NCBI GenBank assembly: GCA_024275565.1
Contig: JAJRYY010000127.1
Coordinates: 124-64,123, forward strand
DNA length: 64,000 bases
Direction: 5' to 3'
DNA from: Planctomycetota bacterium
Lineage (GTDB): Bacteria > Planctomycetota > Phycisphaerae > UBA1845
The notes under the pieces are model-generated. The model did not search any database. It was given only the letters and a program-made list of their open reading frames with translations, and was not told the origin of the DNA. Every line of letters begins with the position of its first letter. Position 1 is the first letter of the stretch. The position numbers were made by a program, and so were the translations under genes. This document shows positions 37,901-46,708 of this stretch, piece after piece.

Positions 37901-38142
37901 TGGCCGTTCGAGATGCGATGATGGAAGCAGCCTGGATTCGGTTGCGTCCGATATTGATGACGTCGCTGACGACCTGGCTGGCGTTGATTCCCATGGCGAT
38001 TGGGTTCTCCGGTGGTGAAGCGAATGCTCCACTGGCGAGGACGATCATTGGTGGTGTATTGGCTGCGACGGTGCTGAGCATTGTGGTGGTTCCGTGTTTG
38101 TATGTGATATTTAAGCGTCCCGAGCCGGTGATGGCTGTATAG
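34936..38142 (+). CDS. RND-family efflux transporter, inner-membrane permease (AcrB/CzcA superfamily)
   Basis: About 1070 aa with 12-TM/2-large-loop architecture. N-terminal IEVGLKNPYLVVVLVLAIAVVGG and TM4 LGGLALAIGILVDQSIVVLDNI. Confidence 0.95.
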   Translation: MKAIEVGLKNPYLVVVLVLAIAVVGGVSMTRIPADLLPQFNTPAVQVVCFYPGMPPEVMERDIMSRLERWTGQSVGIEHQEAKAMLGVCVVKDFFREDVSFDTAMSQVTSYAMSDMFYLPPGTIPPMVMPFDPTASVPLCLVSVSSPTMTEKELYDVAYYELRNQLQSIRGVIAPAVYGGVLKRIYAYVDPVKLAARGMSPMDVVDTLREQSVFIPTGNAKFGDIDYQIVSNAMPETVAEMNAMPVKVDDDGSVVFIRDVATVKDTSQIQSNKVRINGEAMAYIPIYRQPGANTLEIVTRINSKLKQINERLRQEDEKAADLVLGVVMDQSITVRNSVDLLMQTAALGAVLAGLVVLLFLRSLRMTMIVCLAIPLSIMATLIGLFYTGDTLNSMTLGGLALAIGILVDQSIVVLDNIVRHMRMGKDRVQAALDGTREVSLPVLVSTITFVVVFFPVVFLTGVPRFLFEPLAVTVTFAVVASYIIAMFVIPAFAAKMLKPMGDGDVGETGAPGWFTRLFGSLISMRFVVVPVSLVVLAGAAFVMSGMGQELFPPVDSNQFTLNVRLPSGTRIERTEAVVADIEQVIMDELGQPDSDPEDEKIPESNLRILISNIGVLMDWPAAYTPNNGPMDAFLLVQTKGKADRAGIFETVEVLRERLVKEFPLVDFAFDTGGMMTAALNFGAPSPIQIQIEGFNLETAQEIASEVKRIAAGVEGTRDVRVAQRIDYPQIGIEVDRVKAAQLGLMQEDVIKNVVTALNSSVGFDPAFWIDPRKGNHYFIGAQYPEEMIDSFETLRDIPITGANSKMPIPLRNVAEFYRSTGPAVVNHQNIQRVTDVYVNVAPGYAAGTVAAEIEEQLNASGVLGLTAHEEERGIRYALGGVYEGKGIALRIKGETETMRSAFSQFGQGLVIAAILVYLAMVAQLRSFSVPLIILASVPLGLVGVVLALKLTGTNLSIPAFMGIIMMTGIVVEYSIILLEFANSRVREGLAVRDAMMEAAWIRLRPILMTSLTTWLALIPMAIGFSGGEANAPLARTIIGGVLAATVLSIVVVPCLYVIFKRPEPVMAV

Positions 38143-38169
38143 AGGCGGTGGAGCTGTATAGAGCCTGTG

Positions 38170-39471
38170 ATGGTTGATAGGCGTTGGCGAACTATGATGA
38201 TGAGACAGGTGATGAATCGTGTGCAAACGGTGGTGGTAGTTTGTGTGGTTATGTTGGTATCGACCGTTATGGGTGTGTCGGACGCTGCTGGGCAGGCGTC
38301 TTCGGTGCGTGCGGAGGTTGTATCTCCTCAGCGGCGTGCTATGACGCGGAGCTTGTCTGCACCGGGATCGTTGATGGCGGATGAGCAGGTGGAGGTATAT
38401 GCCAAGACGAGCGGATATGTGAAGGAGATTCGCACGGATATTGGGTCGGTGGTGTCGCGTGGTGATTTGCTGGTTGAGATCGACGTGCCGGAGATGCAGG
38501 ATGAGGTACGTCAGGCGGAGGCGGTTCTGTCTGCCAAGCGTGCCCGGGTGATGGCGTTGCAGGTGAAGGTGTCTCAGTCGCAGCGGATGGTGGAGACAGC
38601 CAAAGCTCAGGTGCGTCGCGCGGCGGCGAAGCATGATCTCAATACGTTGAATTTGCGTCGGATCGAGTCGCTTCGTGAGGGAAATGCGATCTCGGAGCAG
38701 GCGTTGGATACGTCGCGGAGTGAGGCTGCTATTTCTGAGGCGCAGTTGCGGATTGCTGAGGCGATGGTGGCGGGTGCTGAGGCTGAAAAGCAAGCGGTGG
38801 ATGCGGATCGGATGGTGGCTGAGGCGGATGCTGAGGTGGCGGAGGCTGACCTCAGCCGGTGGCGGACGCTGATGTCGTATGCTTCGATTCGAGCGCCGTT
38901 TGATGGGATTATTACGGTTCGCAATGTGGACCATGGGACGTTTGTGCGGTCGGCGGAGGAGGGGATGACGTCTGCATTGCTGCGGATCGTGAAGGTGGAT
39001 CGGATTCGGGTTGCGGTGGATGTGGCTGAGGTGGATGCTCCATTCGTGCGCGTGGGGACTGAGGCAGAGGTGGTGGTTCCGTCGCTTGGAGACGCGGTGT
39101 TTTCTGCAAGCGTGTCGCGGACGTCTGGGGCGCTTGACCCTGCGACGCGATCGCTTCGGGTAGAGATTGATCTCGAAAATAAGACCGGGCAATTGATTTC
39201 GGGGATGTACGCTCAGGTGACGCTTGGTCTTGAGACGGTGGCGCAGGCGATCATGATTCCGTCGAAGGCGTTGCGGGTCGAAGAAAAGGCGACCGTCGTA
39301 TTTGTGGCTGAGGGTGGGAAGGTGGTCGTCCGGGCTGTGACAGTTGGGTACGACGATGGAATCTGGGCAGAGATAACGTCGGGTTTGAGCGGCAGCGAAT
39401 CTGTCATCACAGCCACGAGCAGTGCGGTTCGGCCTGGGACGGTGGTGTCGGAAATTCTATCGAAATCTTAG
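38170..39471 (+). CDS. RND periplasmic adaptor (membrane fusion protein, HlyD/AcrA family)
   Basis: Signal/anchor, lipoyl-like motif (GDLLVEIDVPE), long alpha-hairpin and a beta-barrel C-terminus (IRAPFDGIIT). Confidence 0.9.
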   Translation: MVDRRWRTMMMRQVMNRVQTVVVVCVVMLVSTVMGVSDAAGQASSVRAEVVSPQRRAMTRSLSAPGSLMADEQVEVYAKTSGYVKEIRTDIGSVVSRGDLLVEIDVPEMQDEVRQAEAVLSAKRARVMALQVKVSQSQRMVETAKAQVRRAAAKHDLNTLNLRRIESLREGNAISEQALDTSRSEAAISEAQLRIAEAMVAGAEAEKQAVDADRMVAEADAEVAEADLSRWRTLMSYASIRAPFDGIITVRNVDHGTFVRSAEEGMTSALLRIVKVDRIRVAVDVAEVDAPFVRVGTEAEVVVPSLGDAVFSASVSRTSGALDPATRSLRVEIDLENKTGQLISGMYAQVTLGLETVAQAIMIPSKALRVEEKATVVFVAEGGKVVVRAVTVGYDDGIWAEITSGLSGSESVITATSSAVRPGTVVSEILSKS

Positions 39472-39525
39472 TCGTGGCAGGTGATGCAAGATGGTTGAAG
39501 TGGCACTGTTGAAGGGACACGGCAG

Positions 39526-41151
39526 ATGATGCGGCATGTTTTACAGATTGGTGTTGCGTGTGCGATGAGCGCGGTGGCTGGATGCGCATCACAGAAGACA
39601 GAATTGGTGATGGTTGAGCGTCCTGACGTGTCACCGGTTTCTGACGTCTCAGCCGACGATGGATCGTCGCTCGAACTGGATGCGTCGGATGTGACGCCGG
39701 CGTTTACTGAGATGTTACCGGTGGATTTGTCTACGGTTGTACGTGTGGCGATGGCCGAAAATCTGGATATTCGCACGGCGCGGCAGCGGGTGATCGCCAA
39801 CGAGGGCGCATATGAGAGTGCGTTGGGCGTGTGGTTTCCAGCGCTGAATATCGGGGCGAACTTCCTGCGGATCGATGGCAGCAGTATGAACACGGACGGA
39901 CGTGTTTTTCAGGTGGGTTTGAATTCGTTCAATCCATCGATCGCGTTGGAGTGGGCGTTGAATCCGGGGCAGGTCTATTACGATGTGATCGCGGCCCGCA
40001 AGCGATTCTCCGCCTCGGAGTACAATGAGGACGCGGTCATTCTGGAGACGTTGCGTCGGGCAGTGAATGGGTTTTATGGGTTGGTGTTGGCGCAGGCAAG
40101 GGTGTCTGCCGCGCGGCAGGGTGCGAAAGAGGCTGAAGAGCTGGTGAGGATCACCCAGCTTAAAACGCGTGCGGGGACAGGCGTCCGGGCAGATGAATTG
40201 CTGGCTGAGGCGAGGCAGGCTGAGCGGTTGCAGGATCTGGTGATGGGGATGCAGGGGTTCTACGATGCGTCGGTATCGCTCGCGGTTGATCTGCGACTGG
40301 ACGCGTCGGTGACACTGGCGCCGAAGATGGACCGATTGCCACCAGTGCATCTGGTTCGGGATGATCTCGGAATCGATGAGTTGCTCGAAATCGCGGTTGG
40401 GTTTCGACCTGATCTGCTGGCTGTACGGGAGACGATGGCAGCCAGCGGTGCGTCTCGGGATGCGACATGGTGGGGTTCTCTGGGGCCACAGGTTGCATTG
40501 GGGTATGAGTATGGAGGGTTGTCTGGTAAGGCGAACAATGTGCGAATCAAAGATGGGATACCTGGAAATTTGATTGTGAATCCTGCATCGGGGAATGGAT
40601 CTTTTTCAGCCAATCCGGTGGTGAACGGTTTGATTCGGGAGGGGCTGTTTCGTGGTTCAGAACTGGTCGCCGGACGAGGGGACCAGAGATACGAGTTCAG
40701 CGATCGACACGTGTTCAATGCGGGGGTCGGGTGGCGGTTGAGCGTCTCTGCCTTTGGTGATCTGAAGACAGCCGGTGCGGTTGAGGAGCAGGCGAAGCTG
40801 TCCGCCATGCGGTTGCTGGACATGGTTCGTGCGCAGGTGGTGTCAGCCGCCCAGACAAGTCGAGGTCGTCGGGAGCTGATCGGGCTTGCAAAGCGTCAGG
40901 TAGCTGCGGCAGAGGAAGCGTTGCGACTGAGTGAGGCGAATCTGCAGGCCGGCGTCGTGACGACGCTTGAGGTGCTGCGTGCGCAGGACGGTGCGACACA
41001 GGCGCGACTTCGGTATGCGGAGGCGGTCGTGGGATACAACCAGTCGCAAGTCGATTTGCTCGCATCGCTGGGGTTGCTACGGGAGGAGACCGTGGTCGAG
41101 ACCGTTGTCACGACAATGGTGCATCCTGCGATGGAAGATGTTCAGAATTAG
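39526..41151 (+). CDS. TolC-family outer-membrane efflux lipoprotein
   Basis: VAGC lipobox. Two tandem OEP-type repeats with coiled-coil segments. Confidence 0.85.
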   Translation: MMRHVLQIGVACAMSAVAGCASQKTELVMVERPDVSPVSDVSADDGSSLELDASDVTPAFTEMLPVDLSTVVRVAMAENLDIRTARQRVIANEGAYESALGVWFPALNIGANFLRIDGSSMNTDGRVFQVGLNSFNPSIALEWALNPGQVYYDVIAARKRFSASEYNEDAVILETLRRAVNGFYGLVLAQARVSAARQGAKEAEELVRITQLKTRAGTGVRADELLAEARQAERLQDLVMGMQGFYDASVSLAVDLRLDASVTLAPKMDRLPPVHLVRDDLGIDELLEIAVGFRPDLLAVRETMAASGASRDATWWGSLGPQVALGYEYGGLSGKANNVRIKDGIPGNLIVNPASGNGSFSANPVVNGLIREGLFRGSELVAGRGDQRYEFSDRHVFNAGVGWRLSVSAFGDLKTAGAVEEQAKLSAMRLLDMVRAQVVSAAQTSRGRRELIGLAKRQVAAAEEALRLSEANLQAGVVTTLEVLRAQDGATQARLRYAEAVVGYNQSQVDLLASLGLLREETVVETVVTTMVHPAMEDVQN

Positions 41152-41221
41152 CAACATGCCAGGCAAACGCCAGCTGATACGTCCGGAACCAGTCTGAAAA
41201 TAAAAAGGCGCCGTCAGGACG

Positions 41222-41257
41222 CACGCCCGCATCAATCCCACGCGCCCGCGTCATTCC
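41222..41257. repeat. 17/19-bp x2 tandem duplication spanning the guaA stop codon
   Basis: Units cacgcccgcatcaatcc / cacgcgcccgcgtcattcc. The second unit contains the guaA stop (41251..41253). Confidence 0.85.
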
Positions 41258-42810
41258 CATTCGATCGTAGCCGGTGGTTTTGAGGAGATGTCGTAGACGA
41301 AGCGGTTCACCTCTTTGACCTCGTTGATGACACGCGTACTGATTCTGGCAAGGAGTTCGTAATCAACATGGACCCAGTCTGCCGTCATGAAGTCAGATGT
41401 CTCGACGCACCGCAGCGCAGCGACATATTGATTCTGGTAGCTGCGGTCGTCACCCTGAACGCCGACGGTGCTGATGGGCAGGAGTACCGTGAATGCCTGC
41501 GCGATTTTCGGATACCACCCCGCCGCTGTAATCTCCTCGAGGGCGATATGGTCGATACGCTGCAGGATGTCGAGTCGCTCGGGCGTGATCTCGCCCATGA
41601 TGCGGACCGCCAACCCTGGTCCGGGAAACGGGTGTCGCCAGGCCATATCATGCGGTAAACCAAGTTGCTCACCGAGCTGACGGACTTCATCCTTGAACAG
41701 CTCACGCAGGGGTTCTACCAGTTCGAAACCGAGTTTTTCGGGCAGCCCGCCGACGTTGTGGTGTAGCTTGATATTGGCTGCCACACCGCCGACGCTGTGT
41801 CCCGATTCGATAACATCGGGGTAAAGCGTCCCCTGTGCGAGGTATTTTGCATTGGGGATGGATCGGGATTCCTCTTTGAACACTTCGATGAATTCGTGGC
41901 CAATGATGGTGCGTTTTTTCTGTGGATCGGTGACGCCGCGGAGCTTTGTGAGGAAGCGGTCAGCAGCCCGGGCGACGCGGAGGTCGATCTTGAAGTGGTC
42001 GCGGAAGGTCGATTCGACAAGCTCGATTTCTCCGGATCGCATGAGTCCGTTATCCACAAAAATGCACGCGAGGCGGTCGCCGATGGCTTCGTGAAGGATG
42101 GCTGCCGTGACGGAACTATCAACGCCACCGGAGAGTCCGCAGATGACACGTTCATCACTCCCGATGCGACTGCGGATGCCCTCGATCGTATCTGCAAGAA
42201 AATCGCCCAGTCGCCAGTCGCCCTTGCATTGACAGATGTCGTAGAGAAAATTGCGCAGGATCATATTGCCCTCGGGCGTATGGGTGACTTCGGGGTGAAA
42301 CTGCAAGCCGACGAAGGGGCGGGTTTTGTGTTTGACGGCAGCATAGGGGCAGGTCGGCGTGCGCGCGAGCGATTCGAATTCGTCTCCGAGCGTATTCACG
42401 ACGTCGCCATGACTCATCCAGACGGTCGATTTTTGCGAGACGTGGGCGAGAATGCCGGCATGGTTCGTGATGTCGAGTTGCGTGCGGCCAAATTCTCTGG
42501 TGGCCGATGGCGTGACGTCACCGCCAAGAATCTGACAACCGATCTGCATCCCGTAGCAGATCCCGAGGACCGGAACGTTCATATCGAGGATGTCGTCGCA
42601 GCATCGGGGTGCGTTGTCGGCGTATACGCTGGATGGTCCGCCCGAAAGGATGATGCCGACAATGTTGCTCTCGCGGAGTTGATCGGGTGTAACACCAGGC
42701 CCGAGGATAAGGCTGTGGACGTTGTGTTCGCGGACACGGCGGGCGATGAGCTGTGTATACTGGCTGCCGAAGTCGATGACAGCGATGGATTCGGGTTTCA
42801 TAGGGTTCAC
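41251..42810 (-). CDS. guaA: GMP synthase (glutamine-hydrolysing)
   Basis: GATase IAVIDFGSQYTQLIARRVRE, PP-loop SGGVDSSV and a C-terminal dimerisation domain ending ...PPATIEWE. Confidence 0.97.
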   Translation of the reverse strand: MNPMKPESIAVIDFGSQYTQLIARRVREHNVHSLILGPGVTPDQLRESNIVGIILSGGPSSVYADNAPRCCDDILDMNVPVLGICYGMQIGCQILGGDVTPSATREFGRTQLDITNHAGILAHVSQKSTVWMSHGDVVNTLGDEFESLARTPTCPYAAVKHKTRPFVGLQFHPEVTHTPEGNMILRNFLYDICQCKGDWRLGDFLADTIEGIRSRIGSDERVICGLSGGVDSSVTAAILHEAIGDRLACIFVDNGLMRSGEIELVESTFRDHFKIDLRVARAADRFLTKLRGVTDPQKKRTIIGHEFIEVFKEESRSIPNAKYLAQGTLYPDVIESGHSVGGVAANIKLHHNVGGLPEKLGFELVEPLRELFKDEVRQLGEQLGLPHDMAWRHPFPGPGLAVRIMGEITPERLDILQRIDHIALEEITAAGWYPKIAQAFTVLLPISTVGVQGDDRSYQNQYVAALRCVETSDFMTADWVHVDYELLARISTRVINEVKEVNRFVYDISSKPPATIEWE

Positions 42811-43787
42811 CAGTGAAGGTTGAGTAAGGGCCAGGAAAATTCAAACAGGTGATCGAGTCCGACACGCCATCCGATCCCGAGAGATGCAACGATGATGGGT
42901 GCGACGACGGCGTAGTACAGGGTGACGCTGGTTCGGATGCGCATCGGCAAGGTGTGTGCGAGACGAATATGCCAGAACCACCACGCGGTCGTCGCGATGG
43001 CAGCCACGATGGCAGCCAGACCATAAATGGGTGCGACGGGCGGCGTGAGGGGCAAGCCAATCGTGTGCATCACATGCCGGATCGGAATAAGCAGGACAAT
43101 GGCTGCCGCAGCAAGGATGGGCGTGGCGAATGCGGTGACGTAGTGGAGCGCACCCTGAAGTCGACGTTCACCCGTTGCAGCGTCGACGATCGTCAGACGC
43201 GTCCCAGCCTGCAGGGTGGACATCATGATGTACGCGAGGATCAGGGCTGACAGGAATGAGATTGGGGTAGCGATCGCGGTCTGTGCAGGGTTCCACCAGA
43301 TCGCGAGGGATCCGTAGGTAACGGGCGAGGCATCGGCGTCGGTTGCGATGGGTCGCCATGCCCGGCCGGTGGGTTCAGATTGCAGGAGCATCGCATTATC
43401 GGGCGTGCGGATGACGCGGTGGAAACCGACATGCGCAATCTGGAGGAACGTCATCGCCAGGGCGAGCGTGAGCAATTGCCAGCGCGCGAATTGTCGCGAC
43501 GGGACGGAAGGGCGGATAAGCGAAAGGTGCATGATGCGGTCCGCCCCTGCCCAGTAGATCCACCGGCGCATCTGGCGTCTGGCAAGCTTGCCGGACGCGT
43601 TCGCTTCGGCGTAGGGTGTATTGTCGTCACTGGTAACACTGGGAGGCGACAACACCGCACCGCAACCCAGGCAGTTAGGCTCATAGACAAGACGGCTGAT
43701 CCGTCCGCAGGAGGGGCATGTTTTGACACTTTTCGACGGGGCGGGCGAGGGGGGGCGTCCGGAGAAGTCAAAGTTGGACGCGGTCAT
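42807..43787 (-). CDS. Polytopic membrane protein with N-terminal zinc-ribbon (CPSCG...CLGCG)
   Basis: 4-nt overlaps with both neighbours. About 6 TM helices. No family recognised. Confidence 0.65.
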   Translation of the reverse strand: MTASNFDFSGRPPSPAPSKSVKTCPSCGRISRLVYEPNCLGCGAVLSPPSVTSDDNTPYAEANASGKLARRQMRRWIYWAGADRIMHLSLIRPSVPSRQFARWQLLTLALAMTFLQIAHVGFHRVIRTPDNAMLLQSEPTGRAWRPIATDADASPVTYGSLAIWWNPAQTAIATPISFLSALILAYIMMSTLQAGTRLTIVDAATGERRLQGALHYVTAFATPILAAAAIVLLIPIRHVMHTIGLPLTPPVAPIYGLAAIVAAIATTAWWFWHIRLAHTLPMRIRTSVTLYYAVVAPIIVASLGIGWRVGLDHLFEFSWPLLNLHW

Positions 43788-44383
43788 TCCGTCTCCGAGT
43801 GAGTGATGCTGTCATCGTGTTCATCACCATACATTCCGACAGTATCGGCCGTGTCCTGAAGTTGGTCGTCGAATATCCAGGTCTCATGATTGTCGATCGG
43901 TGTGGTCTCACCACTGCATCGCGACTGGTCATACGGCTGGGCAACGCCCGACACAGCGGAACGCCGCGGTCGACCGTCACTGCACATGACCGTTCCAGGC
44001 GGTTCGAGCATGACGAGGAAGGGCAGAAACAGATACTTGCCCGAGAGTTGCAACACTTCGACATACCGCGCGATGTGGTCTTCCGCAGTGATTGCAAATT
44101 GCCCATCGTCACTGCCGATCATCTCTCCGGGCACCGAGAACCAGAGAGGACCGTGCGATACGCAACCGTCCTGTGCTTCCGTATGCAGGACGGCAAAGTC
44201 GGTACGTTTACGATTGGAGATTGGTACACCGGACTGACGAGCACGCTCCGCGGACATCGTCGTCACCAGTTCCGCCGGGGGCGTTTCATCGAAGAAGACA
44301 TCAGGGTACTCATGACACCCACCAGAAAAAACGGATAGCAGCACGAGGAGGCACACGCATGTCCGGCCGAAATATGATCCCAT
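43784..44383 (-). CDS. Putative lipoprotein (unknown function)
   Basis: ATG 44383 lies 14 nt after the guaB stop and gives the signal peptide MGSYFGRTCVCLLVLLSVFSGGC (lipobox-like). The ORF is open to 44527 but would then overlap guaB. Confidence 0.6.
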   Translation of the reverse strand: MGSYFGRTCVCLLVLLSVFSGGCHEYPDVFFDETPPAELVTTMSAERARQSGVPISNRKRTDFAVLHTEAQDGCVSHGPLWFSVPGEMIGSDDGQFAITAEDHIARYVEVLQLSGKYLFLPFLVMLEPPGTVMCSDGRPRRSAVSGVAQPYDQSRCSGETTPIDNHETWIFDDQLQDTADTVGMYGDEHDDSITHSETE

Positions 44384-44396
44384 AATTCCCAGTGTC

Positions 44397-45971
44397 CTAA
44401 TTCTCTGTCGGCTGTTCCATTGCATAATTGGGCGACTCTTTCGTGATGGCGACATCGTGCGGGTGAGACTCAACCTGCCCCGCATGGGTAACACGACAGA
44501 ATGTAGCCTTGCGGCGGAGGTCGTCAATGCTTGCAGCCCCGCAGTACCCCATTCCAGACTTCAACCCGCCGACAAGCTGGTATACAAATTCCGACAAAGG
44601 ACCTCGATAGGGCACACGACCCTCCACCCCTTCCGGAACGAGTTTGCCGTTACCCGTCGACGCTTTCTGACCGTATCGGTCCGCGGACCCCTTCACCATC
44701 GCCCCCAGAGACCCCATTCCCCGATATTCCTTGAACCGACGCCCCTTCCACGTAATCTGATCACCGGGCGATTCTTCAAGACCCGCAAATAACGATCCCA
44801 TCATCACGGCACTCGCACCCGCCGCGATCGCTTTCGTAATGTCCCCCGAACGACGGATCCCACCATCGGAAATCACCGGAATCCCCGCACCAAGCGCAAC
44901 TGAGCACACATCCAGGACAGCCGTCAACTGAGGAACCCCAACGCCCGATACAACACGCGTCGTGCAGATACTGCCAGGTCCAATCCCAACTTTCAACGCG
45001 TCAACACCAGCGTCAATCAGATCACGGGCAGCAGCCGCAGTCGCAATATTCCCAGCGATCAGCTCGATATCGTATCGCTTCCGAATCTCCCGAACCGTGT
45101 TGATAACATTCTCACTATGCCCGTGCGCAGTATCCACAACAACCACATCCACGCCATTCTCAATCAGAGCAGCAACACGCTCGAAATCCAGAACCCCGAC
45201 AGCCGCCCCAACCCGAAGACGCCCCCGACTGTCCTTGCACGTGGTTTTCACCTCGCGACTGCGGTCGATATCCCGCATCGTGATAAGACCAGCCAGCTTC
45301 CCGGACGTCTGAACTAGCAGGAGCTTTTCAACCTTCGCTTTATTCAGGATACGCTCCGCTTCTGTGAGACTCGTATCCGGCGTAGCAGTAACCAGATGCT
45401 CGCACGTCATAACGTCAGAAATTTGCAGCGCATCAGATTCGAGAAATTTGAGATCCCGCCGCGTCACGATCCCACGAAGCGTACCATCAACCTCAGTAAT
45501 AGGGACGCCCGAAATGTTCTGAAGCGTCATCACCTCACGCGCCTGCTCCACAGAATCCGTCGGGCGAAGCGTCACAGGGTCCAGAATCACACCACTCTCA
45601 GAACGCTTGACCTTATGAACCTCGCGACATTGAACATCCACCGGCAGATTCTTGTGAATGATCCCAATACCACCCTCCTCAGCCAACGCAATCGCAAGAC
45701 GCGATTCAGTCACGGTGTCCATCGGAGCAGACACCAGCGGAATGTTCAAGCTGATATTCTTCGTCAACCGCGAAGAGACGCCAATCTGATCGGGCGTGAT
45801 CGCAGAATGCTGCGGAACGAGCAGAACGTCGTCAAAGGTATAAGCCTCTCGGATGGTAATCGCCTCTGGAATAATGGTCGTCGCCTCTGGGATAACGGCA
45901 CTGGCCTCCAGTGGGGATGCGCATGCGTCTCGGACGGCGAAGGAGGCAGGATCAGGCTGGTCGGTCGGCAT
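44397..45971 (-). CDS. guaB: IMP dehydrogenase
   Basis: FDDVLLVP, tandem CBS domains and the catalytic loop [11 protein letters not shown]. An N-terminal extension of about 35 aa carries a 21-bp x2 duplication (45860..45901). Confidence 0.97.
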   Translation of the reverse strand: MPTDQPDPASFAVRDACASPLEASAVIPEATTIIPEAITIREAYTFDDVLLVPQHSAITPDQIGVSSRLTKNISLNIPLVSAPMDTVTESRLAIALAEEGGIGIIHKNLPVDVQCREVHKVKRSESGVILDPVTLRPTDSVEQAREVMTLQNISGVPITEVDGTLRGIVTRRDLKFLESDALQISDVMTCEHLVTATPDTSLTEAERILNKAKVEKLLLVQTSGKLAGLITMRDIDRSREVKTTCKDSRGRLRVGAAVGVLDFERVAALIENGVDVVVVDTAHGHSENVINTVREIRKRYDIELIAGNIATAAAARDLIDAGVDALKVGIGPGSICTTRVVSGVGVPQLTAVLDVCSVALGAGIPVISDGGIRRSGDITKAIAAGASAVMMGSLFAGLEESPGDQITWKGRRFKEYRGMGSLGAMVKGSADRYGQKASTGNGKLVPEGVEGRVPYRGPLSEFVYQLVGGLKSGMGYCGAASIDDLRRKATFCRVTHAGQVESHPHDVAITKESPNYAMEQPTEN

Positions 45972-46254
45972 CGCACATTCCTTTCAATGACGAATAGCTG
46001 ATGCCCCGTACTTACTACCCCAAATGCACCATTTCGTCAAGAACCCGCGCGACAGAATCAACCCTGAACCCCTGCATCAGCAGAAAATGCAATCTGACAG
46101 ATTGCCCTCCCCCTTCCTCAACCATCAGGAAGTCAACAGGCGATGCTCAGCCACAGGAAATCGCGATCCACACAGATCAATCTGCCAGCGCGTCCCATCT
46201 CAGGTGCAATACTCAAACCCACCAGCAGGTCAAAAACAAGCATCCTCCACAGAA

Positions 46255-46323
46255 CAACCACGGCAACCGCAGGAGAGCAACCACGGCAACTACAGGAGAG
46301 CAACCACGGCAACTACAGGCTGG
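46255..46323. repeat. 23-bp x3 tandem repeat
   Basis: Units caaccacggcaaccgcaggagag / caaccacggcaactacaggagag / caaccacggcaactacaggctgg. Confidence 0.95.
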
Positions 46324-46364
46324 CACTGAGCTTATAAAAAACGTACAAATTCCTAACAAAAGTC

Positions 46365-46393
46365 TTGACTAACACAGAGGTATGGTGTATAGT
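46365..46393 (+). promoter_or_regulatory. Near-consensus sigma-70-type promoter candidate (TTGACT-17-TATAGT)
   Basis: -35 at 46365..46370, a 17-nt spacer and -10 at 46388..46393, upstream of the hldE-like gene. Its relevance to this organism's housekeeping sigma is assumed. Confidence 0.45.
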
Positions 46394-46528
46394 GTATTGT
46401 AGTAGAGAGTGGCAGGACAGCTTATGGGGGGGAGTAGCATGACAGGGGGCAGAAAACGGTCTGCGACGGCAGCCATGACCGGGCGAACGATCATCTCGAG
46501 CGGCAGCATTCCCTGCTTCCGCGACGTT

Positions 46529-46588
46529 AATTCTGAAGGCACAACCGTTTCGGGGCAGAATTCTGAAAGCATGACCGTTTCGGTGCAG
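46529..46588. repeat. 30-bp x2 tandem repeat
   Basis: aattctgaaggcacaaccgtttcggggcag / aattctgaaagcatgaccgtttcggtgcag. Confidence 0.95.
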
Positions 46589-46635
46589 CCATCACGCAAA
46601 ATCTGCCGATATGGCGGCGTTGGGTTCGTGATGTT

Positions 46636-46698
46636 GATAGTTCCCTTCGTAATGTCGATAGTTCCCTTCGTGTTGTTGATGGGTTCCTATGGTGATGG
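46636..46698. repeat. 21-bp x3 tandem repeat (would encode a hydrophobic segment if translated)
   Basis: Units gatagttcccttcgtaatgtc / gatagttcccttcgtgttgtt / gatgggttcctatggtgatgg. Confidence 0.9.
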
Positions 46699-46708
46699 CG
46701 GATTGAAA

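Noticed and set aside
41185-41215. GC-rich segment followed by a T-tract on the minus strand after guaA (ggcgcc tttttatttt), as an intrinsic terminator.
   Set aside because: I could not draw a convincing stem of 5 bp or more with a sensible loop, so it is left uncalled.
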